Source of the DNA: Laetmonice hystrix
Lineage: Eukaryota
Direction of reading: 5' to 3'
Assembly (NCBI GenBank): GCA_965235115.1
Contig: OZ249436.1
Coordinates: forward strand, 3,970,001-4,034,000
DNA: 64,000 nucleotides
This document shows, in pieces, positions 38,201-48,649 of the stretch; positions within the stretch are counted from its first letter, which is position 1, and each line of letters starts with the position of its first letter. The position numbers were made by a program, and so were the translations under genes. The notes beneath the pieces are model-generated. The model did no database searches. It saw only the letters and a program-made list of their open reading frames with translations, and was not told the DNA's origin.

Positions 38201-41200
38201 ATCGCGAGGATTACTCGCGACAACCTAACCTTGTCCGACTGTTCATGTTGTAGTTCAAGGATCGTGAGGATTACTCGCGACAACCTAACCTTGTCCGACT
38301 GTTCATGTTGTAGTTCAAGGATCGTGAGGATTACTCGCGACAGCCTAACCTTGTTCGACTGTTCATGTTGTAGTTCAAGGATCGCGAGGATTACTCGCGA
38401 CAACCTAACCTTGTCCGACTGTTCATGTTGTAGTTCAAGGCTCGCGAGGATTACTCACGACAACCTAACCTTGTCCGACTGTTCATGTTGTAGTTCAAGG
38501 ATCGCGAGGATTACTCGCGACAACCTAACCTTGTCCGACTGTTCATGTTGTAGTTCAAGGATCGCGAGGATTACTCGCGACAACCTAACCTTGTCCGACT
38601 GTTCATGTTGTAGTTCAAGGATTGTGAGGATTACTCGCGACAACCTAACCTTGTCCGACTGTTCATGTTGTAGTTCAAGGATCGCGAGGATTACTCGCGA
38701 CAACCTAACCTTGTCCGACTGTTCATGTTGTAGTTCAAGGATTGTGAGGATTACTCGCGACAACCTAACCTTGTCCGAATGTTCATGTTGTAGTTCAAGG
38801 ATCGCGAGGATTACTCGCGACAACCTAACCTTGTCCGACTGTTCATGTTGTAGTTCAAGGATCGCGAGGATTACTCGCGACAACCTAACCTTGTCCGACT
38901 GTTCATGTTGTAGTTCAAGGATTGTGAGGATTACTCGCGACAACCTAACCTTGTCCGACTGTTCATGTTGTAGTTCAAGGATCGCGAGGATTACTCGCGA
39001 CAACCTAACCTTGTCCGACTGTTCATGTTGTAGTTCAAGGATCGCAAGGGTTACTCGCGACAACCTAACCTTGTCCGACTGTTCATGTTGTAGTTCAAGG
39101 ATCGCGAGGATTACTCGCGACAACCTAACCTTGTCCGACTGTTCATGTTGTAGTTCAAGGATCGCGAGGATTACTCGCGACAACCTAACCTTGTCCGACT
39201 GTTCATGGAGTATGTGCCTTCACTCGCCATCACCGTTCTCAATGTTGTCGTTCCTCTCTTGTTTATGAAAATTGTCATCGGTGAAGATTATCATCCGGAC
39301 TTCGAGGTTCGCATTACTTTAGCCAGGTAGTCATGTTTCTTTCTACATATAGGCATGTGCTTCTTGCAGAAAACGTTTACTTGTTCCCTCCTAATATATG
39401 TCAAAATGTATACAGTTACACAATCAGTCAAGATAACCCAAAGAAATCACTATCAAAGTTCTCGTAGTGTTGGATTGATTATCGTATAGTGAAGTCGAGT
39501 AGGCCCTAAATGTGCAGGAATTCCTTGCTTTGTAGGACCGTGTTTCTCCGCCAGGCGTCGCTAGCAGTACTTCTCGCGACGCTCTACTACCAGATTACGT
39601 GCGAGCCTCGTGATGACTGCCTGGTCGGACTACCCCCTGACTGTCCCCAATTACGGGTTAGAGTTTGTGTAAACATGGTCGGACTACCCCCTGACTGTCC
39701 CCAATTACGGGTTACAGTTTGTGTAAACATGGGCGGACAACCCCCTGACTGTCCCCAATTACGGGTTAGAGTTTGTGTAAACATGGGCGGACTACCCGCT
39801 GACTGTCTCCAATTACGGGTTAGAGTTTGTGTAAACATGGTCGGACTACCCCCTGACTGTCCCCAATTACGGGTTAGAGTTTGTGTAAACATGGGCGGAC
39901 TACCCCCTGACTGTCTCCAATTACGGGTTAGAGTTTGTGTAAACATAAAGAATAAGAATAAAGCGAAGCACTATTTCGACTTTGATTTTGACTCAATTGC
40001 ATTTATTGTTTCAGTGTTGGGAAACATACGTTGGGCAGAACTTGTACAGGCTGATCATCATGAATTTTGTTGTCAACGTTGCCACAGTTGTTGTCGTTGA
40101 TACTACTATACGGTTTGTAAAGCAGCACTTAATGCCAAAAAAGGCTTATCCATAAATTGCTTTTAATCATTTGAACTATAAGGATTTTTTTTTAAAAGGT
40201 TGAAAAGCAAAAAGTCTGAACGATAGAAAGAAGAATCGTTCTAAAAGGAAAAGGAAACACGTTTGAAAAAACATGACGCAACAGAGGCGTTGATGATAAC
40301 AAAATACAGCACGTTTTCACATTTTTAGAGTCATCGGTACAAAATGTTCACATCCGTTTCTGAAGATGCTTTGTGAAGAACAAGAATTCCCAATCCCAAA
40401 GAATGTTCTCGATCTCGTCTATGCTCAGACACTTTGTTGGTAAGTCTCACCATTATGTATGGCTCTATATTTCTAGTATAGCATAATGTTAGGTCTCACG
40501 TCCCATTATGTATGGCTCTATATTTCTAGTATAGCATAATGTTAGCTCTTACCATTATGTATGGCTCTATATTTCCAGTATAGCATAATGTTAGGTCTCA
40601 CCATTATGTATGGCTCTATATTTCCAGTATAGCATAATGTTAGGTCTCACGTACCATTATGTATGGCTCTATATTTCTAGTATAGCGTTATGTTAGGTCT
40701 CACCATTATATATGGCTCTATATTTCTAGTATAGCATAATGTTAGGTCTCACCATTATGTATGGCTCTATATTTCCAGTATAGCATAATGTTAGGTCTCA
40801 CCATTATGTATGGCTCTATATTTCTAGTATAGCATAATGTTAGGTCTCACGTACCATTATGTATGGCTCTATATTTCTAGTATAGCGTTATGTTAGGTCT
40901 CACCATTATATATGGCTCTATATTTCTAGTATAGCATAATGTTAGGTCTCACCATTATGTATGGCTCTATATTTCTAGTATAGCATAATGTTAGGTCTTA
41001 CCATTATGTATGGCTCTATATTTCTAGTATAGCATAATGTTAGGTCTCACGTCCCATTATGTATGGCTCTATATTTCTAGTATAGCATAATGTTAGGTCT
41101 CACCATTATGTATGGCTCTATATTTCTAGTATAGCATAATGTTAGGTCTTACCATTATGTATGGCTCTATATTTCTAGTATAGCATAATGTTAGGTCTCA

Positions 41201-44009
41201 CCATTATGTATGGCTCTATATTTCTAGTATAGCATAATGTTAGGTCTCACGTACCATTATGTATAGCTGTACATGTATATTTCTAGTATAGCATAATGTT
41301 AGGTCTCACGTACCATTATGTATGGCTCTATATTTCTAGTATAGCATAATGTTAGGTCTCACGTACCATTATGTATGGCTCTATATTTCTAGTATAGCAT
41401 AATGTTAGGTCTTACCATTATATGCCTCTACATTTCTAATGTAGTATGTGGCATTCCTTTCCAGGCTCGGTGCATACTTTGCACCGCTCGTTCCAGCTAT
41501 ATCTGTGGTTAGTCTATTTCTCCTCTTCTACTTGAAAAAGGTGAGTGTACTTAGAACGTTGAGACTTTCTGTGACTATACATCAGTGGGGGATCCTGGGG
41601 GCAGGGAGCTCGGGCCGCCCATAGATTCTTTTGATGAAGAAGCATTAGTAGGCCCTACAGTCATAATCAAATCATGCCAAGGGTAGCGATCGAGGTTAAA
41701 AAATTCACTGGGCCCCCCTTATCAAATTCCTGCATCCCCCTCTGTACATGTATGTAGGCTACATTTTAGTATAGGCCCGATCCAAACCAACCAACAAACC
41801 CCCAAGCGCTTTATTTATTCAATTAATTCGAAAAAATGATATATTTTGATCAATTAATAGTGCCTCGACCAATACTACTGCAGCTCATTTTTAACTTTCG
41901 CAGATTTTTAATACAGTAGCTAGGGTACTCAGTTGTAGGTGAAGATATGGAACCCGTAATGTACGCCCTGTTTCGACCTTGCCGTGTTGCAGGCCACGGT
42001 GTTGTACAACTACACGCCGTCCAAGCGTCCCTACCGGTCCTCCAGGTCACATGTTTTCTTCATGGTCGTCCTGCTGACTGCCTTCATTCTCTGCTGTCTA
42101 CCGCTCGGCTACTGCATCTGGAGGTAGGCGCCCTCTGACGGGAGGCGGCCGAAACACAGTCAGACCGATACCCGCCAGGGGTTCTATGGCGTCCATACTG
42201 TAATATTACCGATAGGCGGCGCTAGCGGTCTGACTGCGGGATTCTAAAAGGCTAAAGCAAACTAGAAATTGTTCAGTCCGAACAGGACGTCTCCCCTTTT
42301 TTAAAGTAATGACATCATATAATTTTTGAGAGGACTAATTAGTATGAAAGTAGTGTGTTGCAAAAGCAATGATATGGCTATGGCAGATTTTCTATGCGAA
42401 AGAAAAGATATAATAATAGTAGTAGCGGTATGTATGAAGGAATGTATGTATGTATGTATGTATGTATGTATGTATGTATGTATGTATGTATGTATGTATG
42501 TATGTATGTATGTGGGTAGGGGTGTGGGTGTGTGGGTGTGTGCGATGTGCCAGCTGTGGTAGGGAGTTGGTGGTTGTTGGTGGAGCGTGGAAGTGTTATG
42601 TAACTCAGTCAGGTGGCCAGGAGTATGGCCGGGGTTGCCGGGCACTGAGAACACTGAACGACCCCTGAACGAGCCTTGACTGCGCGGTTGTGGGATCTGC
42701 GGTGGTGGGGGACGGGCGGCCGGCCCACGATTTTTTCCCCCAAATTAGTTCCGGACCCCATTCTAGCTTTCATTGGCATACAGCCAATCAGTGAACGCCA
42801 GACTCTATCGCTCGCGATATGGACCGAACAGTGTCAGTGAATGTTTCTTATTGACACAGACATTAAGATCCACTGCTCAATTAGTGCCTATTTAACAATA
42901 ATTTTGGGCTAATATGAAAACCAACACTAGCCCTAGACCTAACCTTTACCCTAACCCAAACACACTGTCTCGCATCTCGCATGTCGTCGCCGGTATTCCA
43001 TAGCCATGTGTGTGATTGTTTCTGATTGGCTGTATGATCATGAGAATCCAGAACTAATGTGGGAAAAAAATTCGCAGCCGCCCGTGTAGGGGTTTGGGGG
43101 GGGGGGGGAGTTACCACGGCTGAGAAGGACGCCTGACTGGGGGTTGGCGGGGGTTGGCGGTGGTTGCCAGTGACAACGGCAACAGGTCACAGGCCGTGGG
43201 AGCGGGCCGCTGGGGAGTTGTTTACCGTTACGCGACCGTTTACGGAATGGTCCACTTCTAGGCCTAATAAGTCGGAAACTATTAACTGTAGAGAAAAACA
43301 CTTTGTAGCGGTTGTAGGCAAAGACCTGGAGATTCTTCTCCCCCAAGTTTCATAAAGATACGGTCAGGGGTTTGGGAGATATAAAAGGCTTCTCTAAGGT
43401 TGGCACGGTACTGAGGTCAAAGGTCATGATGTGCTAAAAATAGCAAAATCCCGAGAAAATATCCACAGTTGTCTTTTCCCCAAATTAGGACTTTCTAGCC
43501 CCGGTAGTTTTTGGCCTGATGTCAAGTAAGCGCCCAACCACTTCAAAAAATGTTGAAGGTCACACAGAGGTCATTTGGGGTCACACGAACGTGTCCTCCG
43601 GGAAATCTAAATTTGGCACATAGATGACCCTGCTGACCAAATTTGATGTTATTCCACCCAGTATTTTCCGAGTTATGGCTTTGGCAAAAAAATGGCACGT
43701 GCCATTTTTTTTAGATCAGCCGCCATCTTGAAAGTTCTAGGTCAACCAAACTGGTTTTCGAACTTGTCCAAGCCCCGGATGAAAGAAGGCCGACATACCA
43801 ATTTTGGGTCGATTCAGGCTATTTTTCTCGCGTTATCGTGATCACAGCACAAGTTGGCACATTCGTGCCACGGAAGAGGTCAAAGGTCAAATGGCACTAT
43901 AATTAGAAACAAAGATTTTTCAGAAGGTTCTGTCGGGGCATTTCAAATTTGATAAGTCCCTCTCTAACAGTGGCCGAGTTATTCCAAAAAGAAGGAAATA
44001 AAAGAAACA

Positions 44010-44072
<63 letters not shown>

Positions 44073-46030
44073 CGGTCAGAAACAGCGTGCAAAACAAAAC
44101 GTCTCCCCCAGCTGGGGGGAGACGTAATAATGAAAAAAGAAAGGGAATTATCTAACATCTAAATATCTCGAACATTCTGCGGTTTCTGAAAGTCATTGTA
44201 AAAAGATCATAACACAGTCTTGTAAGAAAACGGCAAAGGGTTTCAAGATTAACCTAAGAACTTTCAGAAAGGACGAGGTGGGGTTTTAACGATGTTTTTA
44301 GCAAAATCTTTTCCTTGAACTTCACAGAATTGTTAAAACCTTGGTAAACGTTTGTTTTTATATGGACTCCACGTTTAAGCCTCATTATCCGCTTTAAGAC
44401 TAATGTAATTTTAGCATGTCAGCTTTCAAAGGCAAAGTGTCCAACCATCCAGATTTCGTCGGAATTTTCCCGGTTTTATTTGAAAAGTCCCGAATCCCGG
44501 CGCAACCTCGTTCGGGATAGCAAAAATCCCAATTTTGAAGATCTGCTCCCACAAGCAACGAGCCAAGAAAGATATTTTTGTCAAAAGAGGACAGGGGGAG
44601 AGGGGGGTTATCAAAAAAGTACTCTTTGTACGCTTGTGAAAATGTTGAAAATGTTGAGCCACCCCTAACTGTTATCGCCTAGAACGTACCTCTCTGCCCG
44701 CCTGACTGAAATGACTGTTGTTCAGGGTTGTACCATCACGCGGCTGTGGACCTTTCCGACAAGATGACCACGTTTATGACGTCATCACAGAGGCCGTCCA
44801 ATCATTGCCCAGATTCGTCCAGTACATCTTAACGTTGATGACGTCAACAGCATCCCTCGTGGTTCTCTTGGTTTCACTCATGTATGTTTTGTCCATCTCC
44901 TCCTTTAATTCCAAAATCTATAAATAGCACATGTCACGATCACATGAATCTTACATTATTAGGATCAAGGAAACGAGAGTGCTCCTTTAAGAGGGAGGCT
45001 TACAATAACTCCAGTTACCTGGCTTAGACTGACTGACGAGGCCTAATATAAAGGGTTATGAGCTAAACCAGTAAAGAGTAGGCACGAACGACCAAGAGAT
45101 GAGGTAGATTTTGAAATCCCATTTGAAATGCCTGCATTTGGAATCGCGTGTAGGTATATATTTTTTTTATTAACATAACTTTAACTTTAACTTTAACATA
45201 ACTTTTACCAGTATGAAGGGACTCGGAGATAAGTACAGTCCGGTCTTCCGTCCCTTCTGATCTGGACTCAACTCGAGTTCCTTACATGTCGTGTTATGGT
45301 ATTAATGATTACACGACTCTTATTTGCAAACCTAGCTCTTTTTTTTATCCCGGTCAGGGTTAAATATCATCGTAAATAATTAATACTACTCGTTGGTTCA
45401 CACGAGTGATGGAGTGAGGTATTTTGCAGCCTCCTCGTGTACTACTTCCGGTCGACGTCCAGAGGTCGCCAGGGTGTGATCGCACTCCTCAGGGAGCAGA
45501 TAGCCTTGGTAAGTCGATAATACCTTGTCATACTGTAGCAAAGGTCTGAACAGACTGTGTTGGTGGTACGCCTGAACCTGAGGACATCTATATATATCGA
45601 CCCCCCCCCCCCCCGCCCGCCCCCCGGCAAGCGAAGTTTTCAAAATGTCCGGTTAGACCCTCACCTGTATGCTATTTATAGCTCCTCTCTTGCGCCATAT
45701 ATGCTCGAAATATCGCTTTTTTTGTCTACCACACTAAGATCTATGACATGAATCTGATCTAAAAATCGATAACTTCGTCCCCACGTGACCATTGACCGGT
45801 CACTCAGTATACAAGCTATCCATTATCGCCCTCAGGAGTCACGTGACAAGCAGTTCCTCCGGGCCCGCCTCAACGAACTGACGGTAGAGGGCGCTGCAGG
45901 GGACCAGGTGGTGCCAGAGTCGCCAGTCGCGGCTGGCCACGTGACAGTGGACACCCCTCCTGGACACCATCAACTGTTTAATGTTCACAGAGCGCCCATG
46001 GCTGATACCGAAAGTTACGCTTCAAACTGA
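32099..46030 (+). CDS. TMC7: Transmembrane channel-like protein (TMC7-like), multi-exon; 5' end uncertain
   Basis: Exons: 32099(ATG; or acceptor 32094)-32196 (less certain), 33719-33788, 34220-34301, 34638-34744, 35058-35225, 36334-36497, 37133-37289, 37739-37900, 39154-39326, 39536-39656, 40015-40112, 40329-40439, 41465-41540, 41993-42123, 44726-44881, 45430-45508, 45836-46030 (TGA). TMC hallmarks: [113 protein letters not shown]. The family is firm; the paralogue name is tentative. Confidence 0.9.
32221..32370. repeat. (GA)n microsatellite
   Basis: Pure then degenerate GA run that resumes at ~33250-33350, beyond the inserted MITE. Confidence 0.9.
32388..33241. mobile_element. Tc1/mariner-like MITE with ~190-bp TIRs
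   Basis: TA|TCGGGTGGATAAAAAAAAACGCCCCGAACTTTAAAC ... GTTTAAAGTTCGGGGCGTTTTTTTTATCCACCCGA|TA; inverted similarity extends inward (gcgctaaaaacaaaaatca / tgatttttgtttttagcgc). Confidence 0.85.
33395..33487. repeat. 47-bp tandem duplication
   Basis: tttcgatcccgtgcatggttgggattgccaagtgggctcattcagg x2. Confidence 0.9.
33874..34028. mobile_element. Near-perfect 155-bp hairpin MITE (PIF/Harbinger-like, CAG TSD)
   Basis: CAG|GGTCCCGTCTCACTAAAGGCTGGTTAATAACCAGATCG...CGATCTGGTTATTAACCAGCCTTTAGTGAGACGGGCCC|CAG; the arms pair almost to the centre. Confidence 0.85.
34042..34195. repeat. ~37-bp degenerate tandem repeat (~4 copies) just upstream of a TMC acceptor
   Basis: gttaagatccaatgtgttcagttccacaatgtctgat and variants. 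Confidence 0.8.
34696..34911 (+). repeat. 55-bp repeat x4 duplicating a TMC exon 3' end plus donor
   Basis: aacgtcatcatattcacactcctgttcctgcttgtcatcgtgcctcag|gtgagct; donors after 34744, 34794, 34849 and 34904. Confidence 0.92.
35553..36251. repeat. 41-bp minisatellite (~17 copies), TMC intron
   Basis: Unit agtctatggacatgggccttggtatacggcggcgtaaccta. Confidence 0.95.
36563..37058. repeat. 41-bp AT-rich minisatellite (~12 copies), TMC intron
   Basis: Unit aaaagtctgatatctcagcaatgatttatgatataataatt. Confidence 0.95.
37991..39207 (+). repeat. 60-bp minisatellite (~20 copies) made of a TMC acceptor plus exon start
   Basis: Unit ttgtag|ttcaaggatcgcgaggattactcgcgacaacctaaccttgtccgactgttcatg; the last copy runs into the unique exon (FKDREDYSRQPNLVRLFM-EYVPSLAIT). 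Confidence 0.95.
39623..39946 (+). repeat. 54-bp minisatellite x6 made of a TMC exon 3' end plus donor
   Basis: Unit ggtcggactaccccctgactgtccccaattacgg|gttagagtttgtgtaaacat. Confidence 0.95.
40443..41421. repeat. 49/53-bp minisatellite (~19-20 copies) filling almost a whole TMC intron
   Basis: Unit ccattatgtatggctctatatttctagtatagcataatgttaggtctca(cgta); the intron is 40440-41464. Confidence 0.95.
41583..41744. mobile_element. CAG...CTG MITE with 5-bp TSD
   Basis: CAGTGGGGGATCCTGG / CCTGCATCCCCCTCTG, flanked by TACAT on both sides. Confidence 0.65.
42260..44128 (-). mobile_element. Helentron-associated non-autonomous element (HINE/DINE-1-like) with nested insertions
   Basis: One end has the stem-loop acgtctccccc-agct-ggggggagacgt (44099-44125) next to a (GAAA)n microsatellite. 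The other end has the matching subterminal acgtctcccc (42287-42296), a short hairpin tgttc-agtcc-gaaca and aactagaaa. Both flanks are A/T-rich. Confidence 0.7.
42443..42512. repeat. (ATGT)n microsatellite
   Basis: Pure tetranucleotide run. Confidence 0.95.
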
Positions 46031-46167
46031 CAACATGGATCCATGCGGGGCCACGTTCTTGGTGCACGGTCTCTCTTCTTGTCAGTCACTGGTCTCTTTG
46101 TGTGGGTTATGTATTGGTCTGGATTCCGTGTGACGGTAGGGCTGTTCCACTCGTGTTTTCCTTGTGA

Positions 46168-46177
46168 AATAAATAAA
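46168..46177 (+). terminator. Polyadenylation signals (overlapping AATAAA) for the TMC gene
   Basis: aataaataaa ~140 nt after the TGA; another AATAAA at 46788, just past the 41-bp array. Confidence 0.5.
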
Positions 46178-46201
46178 GAAGTAAATAAATTCATAAATGA
46201 C

Positions 46202-46783
46202 TGTATGCTGACCAGGGATTATCATTCCTTGACCTGGCGTAATGTATGCTGACCAGGGATTATTATTTCTTGACCTGGCGTAATGTATGCTGACCAGGGA
46301 TTATTATTCCTTGACCTGGCGTAATGTATGCTGACCAGGGATTATTATTCCTTGACCTGGCGTAATGTATGCTGACCAGGGATTATTATTCCTTGACCTG
46401 GCGTAATGTATGCTGGCCAGGGATTATTATTCCTTGACCTGGCGTAATGTATGCTGACCAGGGATTGTTATTCCTTGACCTGGCGTAATGTATGCTGACC
46501 AGGGATTGTTATTCCTTGACCTGGCGTAATGTATGCTGACCAGGGATTATTATTCCTTGACCTGGCGTAATGTATGCTGACCAGGGATTATTATTCCTTG
46601 ACCTGGCGTAATGTATGCCGACCAAGGAATCCTTGACCTGGCATAATGTATGCTGACCAAGAATTATTATTCCTTGACCTGGCGTAATGTATGCTGGCCA
46701 GGGATTATTATTCCTTGACCTGGCGTAATGTATGCTGACCAGGGATTATTATTCCTTGACCTGGCGTAATGTATGCTGACCAG
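46202..46783. repeat. 41-bp minisatellite (~14 copies) at the TMC 3' end
   Basis: Unit tgtatgctgaccagggattattattccttgacctggcgtaa. Confidence 0.95.
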
Positions 46784-48649
46784 ACGAAATAAACCGTTAT
46801 TTTTAAACCTTCTCATCGGTCAAAGTTTTTGTCTTCATGTCCTCTTCTATCGTTTACTAGTAAACCTCCCTTTTTAAAATTTAACCATATTTTTAATTGA
46901 AAGAAATTTAGGACAGTATCATAGGCCTATCATGGTCCTAAGATCTAGATGTTTCCCCCTCGACTTAAGCACATATATGATATCCCACATCCCCGCTGCA
47001 GCCTCTGTCCTCGGTCTCAGCTCGAGAAAGGTGATAGACAATCGGCCAGGTGTCGGTCAATGCCAATGTCTAGACCGGTTCAGTAGAGCATGCAAGGTGT
47101 CGCACGCTCCAATGAACAGGGTTCTGTTAAAGTGGGTCGCGACAGACGCGGGACTCTCAGAGAACGTTCCTGTGAACAGATCTAGGTCAACTCGTCTCTC
47201 TCCCACCAACCACCGCTATATGTTAATGTTAGTCTGAATGTCTCCAACAATTCCCTTGTTTATACTACGAACAACATCGCACACTGTGTCATTGAACTCA
47301 CTTTGAAAGGACAACTCTCCGCAGCGCGCCGTCAACATTGGTTGAGCCAGGAAAAAATACCACTCTCCCTATACTGAGTTATCAGTGGTGAGGTAAGTTT
47401 TGCCAAGCTCATATCATTCACACACTTACTATACGATATCACTGCATGTATCTACTTATATTGAGGCACATTATACGTGGTTTGTGTTCAAACCACAAGC
47501 TTAAAGTCCGGATCTTCATTGTGTAGCCTAGATACACACTTCTATTGCCGCCAGGGTCCTCAGATAGTGCCTGTGAGACAAATCCCTTACAGACAACATC
47601 TAGTGCTGAAAGTGGACGTGATCAACAGATTATACTACACCAAACCTGACAGGCTTGGACAAGGCCTGGTACGGGGTGTATATCACTGAACACGTCGACA
47701 ATCATCTCATAACTAATCATGATAGACATGCACTGATTATATAGGTATATAATTATGTAGACCCACGTATTGACGTATTAAGGTACACTACTGAACAATT
47801 GCATGAAGGCAGTCAGTCTTGATGTATTCGTGACAATATCTGACAGCTTTCCTCTTCATCATTATAGCGCTATCTTTAGCAGGTTGATTAATTTCACAGC
47901 GAGCAAGTAAATAAGGTTGATGCTTCCAGACAAAATGAATTAACATGGACTTAATGAGGCCCCATATAAAGGTCACGAACATTGGCTAGTAAACTATAGG
48001 CCTTTATTATAGCGAAACACTTGAAGTCGGGCTGATGGCAGACTTTCGGTGGTCGTATAGTGTACAGACAATAATGAGGTAAACCGTCTGAAGGTCGGTG
48101 GCCCCTATTCATACAGGTTGACCTACGATAGAGTTCTTAAAGGGGATTTCCCTACTTGCATTAGTTGCCCTTGGTTCGAGTTAATGGGGTCTGCTAGGCC
48201 AATGGTGATAGGTTTTATATCGAAGTCGATCCTCTATACACACGTAGCCAGGCCAGGGCAGATACAGGGGATGGCCATCTGTTCGATCTCATGGGGGGGG
48301 GGGGGGCGCATGTATAACAGCTTTTATTTCCTCCACCCCTTTTTTCAAAACTCTGATCTACCTGCGGTGTATAGGCTTCATACCTATATGCTACATGCTG
48401 GCTGCCATGTATGGGGTATTATTAGGCCTATAGGAATAGTGAACGTTTAGGATGCGTTGGCGGTGAGATAGGGCACGACGGCCTATTTACAGGTCCTGTT
48501 TTATATGAGGATTGTGTGATATTTACCCGTGATATTTATTATTAGATTTCTATTATATCGCACCCGTTTCTATCTCCTGCAGCACGACAGTGCCCGTTGT
48601 GAGTGACGGATAGCGTTTCCCGGGCCTGGCCGAGGCTGCAGACGACAGG

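Noticed and set aside
37901..39268. 507-aa ORF (37745-39268) with RITRDNLTLSDCSCCSS repeats as a Cys-rich protein
   Set aside because: It is read-through of a TMC exon into the 60-bp array in a frame different from the true downstream exon. A consensus donor lies after 37900, and TMC homology resumes in another frame.
42133..42170. Hammerhead-ribozyme-like CTGACG...GAAAC
   Set aside because: The core deviates from CUGANGA and stems I and III cannot be formed convincingly.
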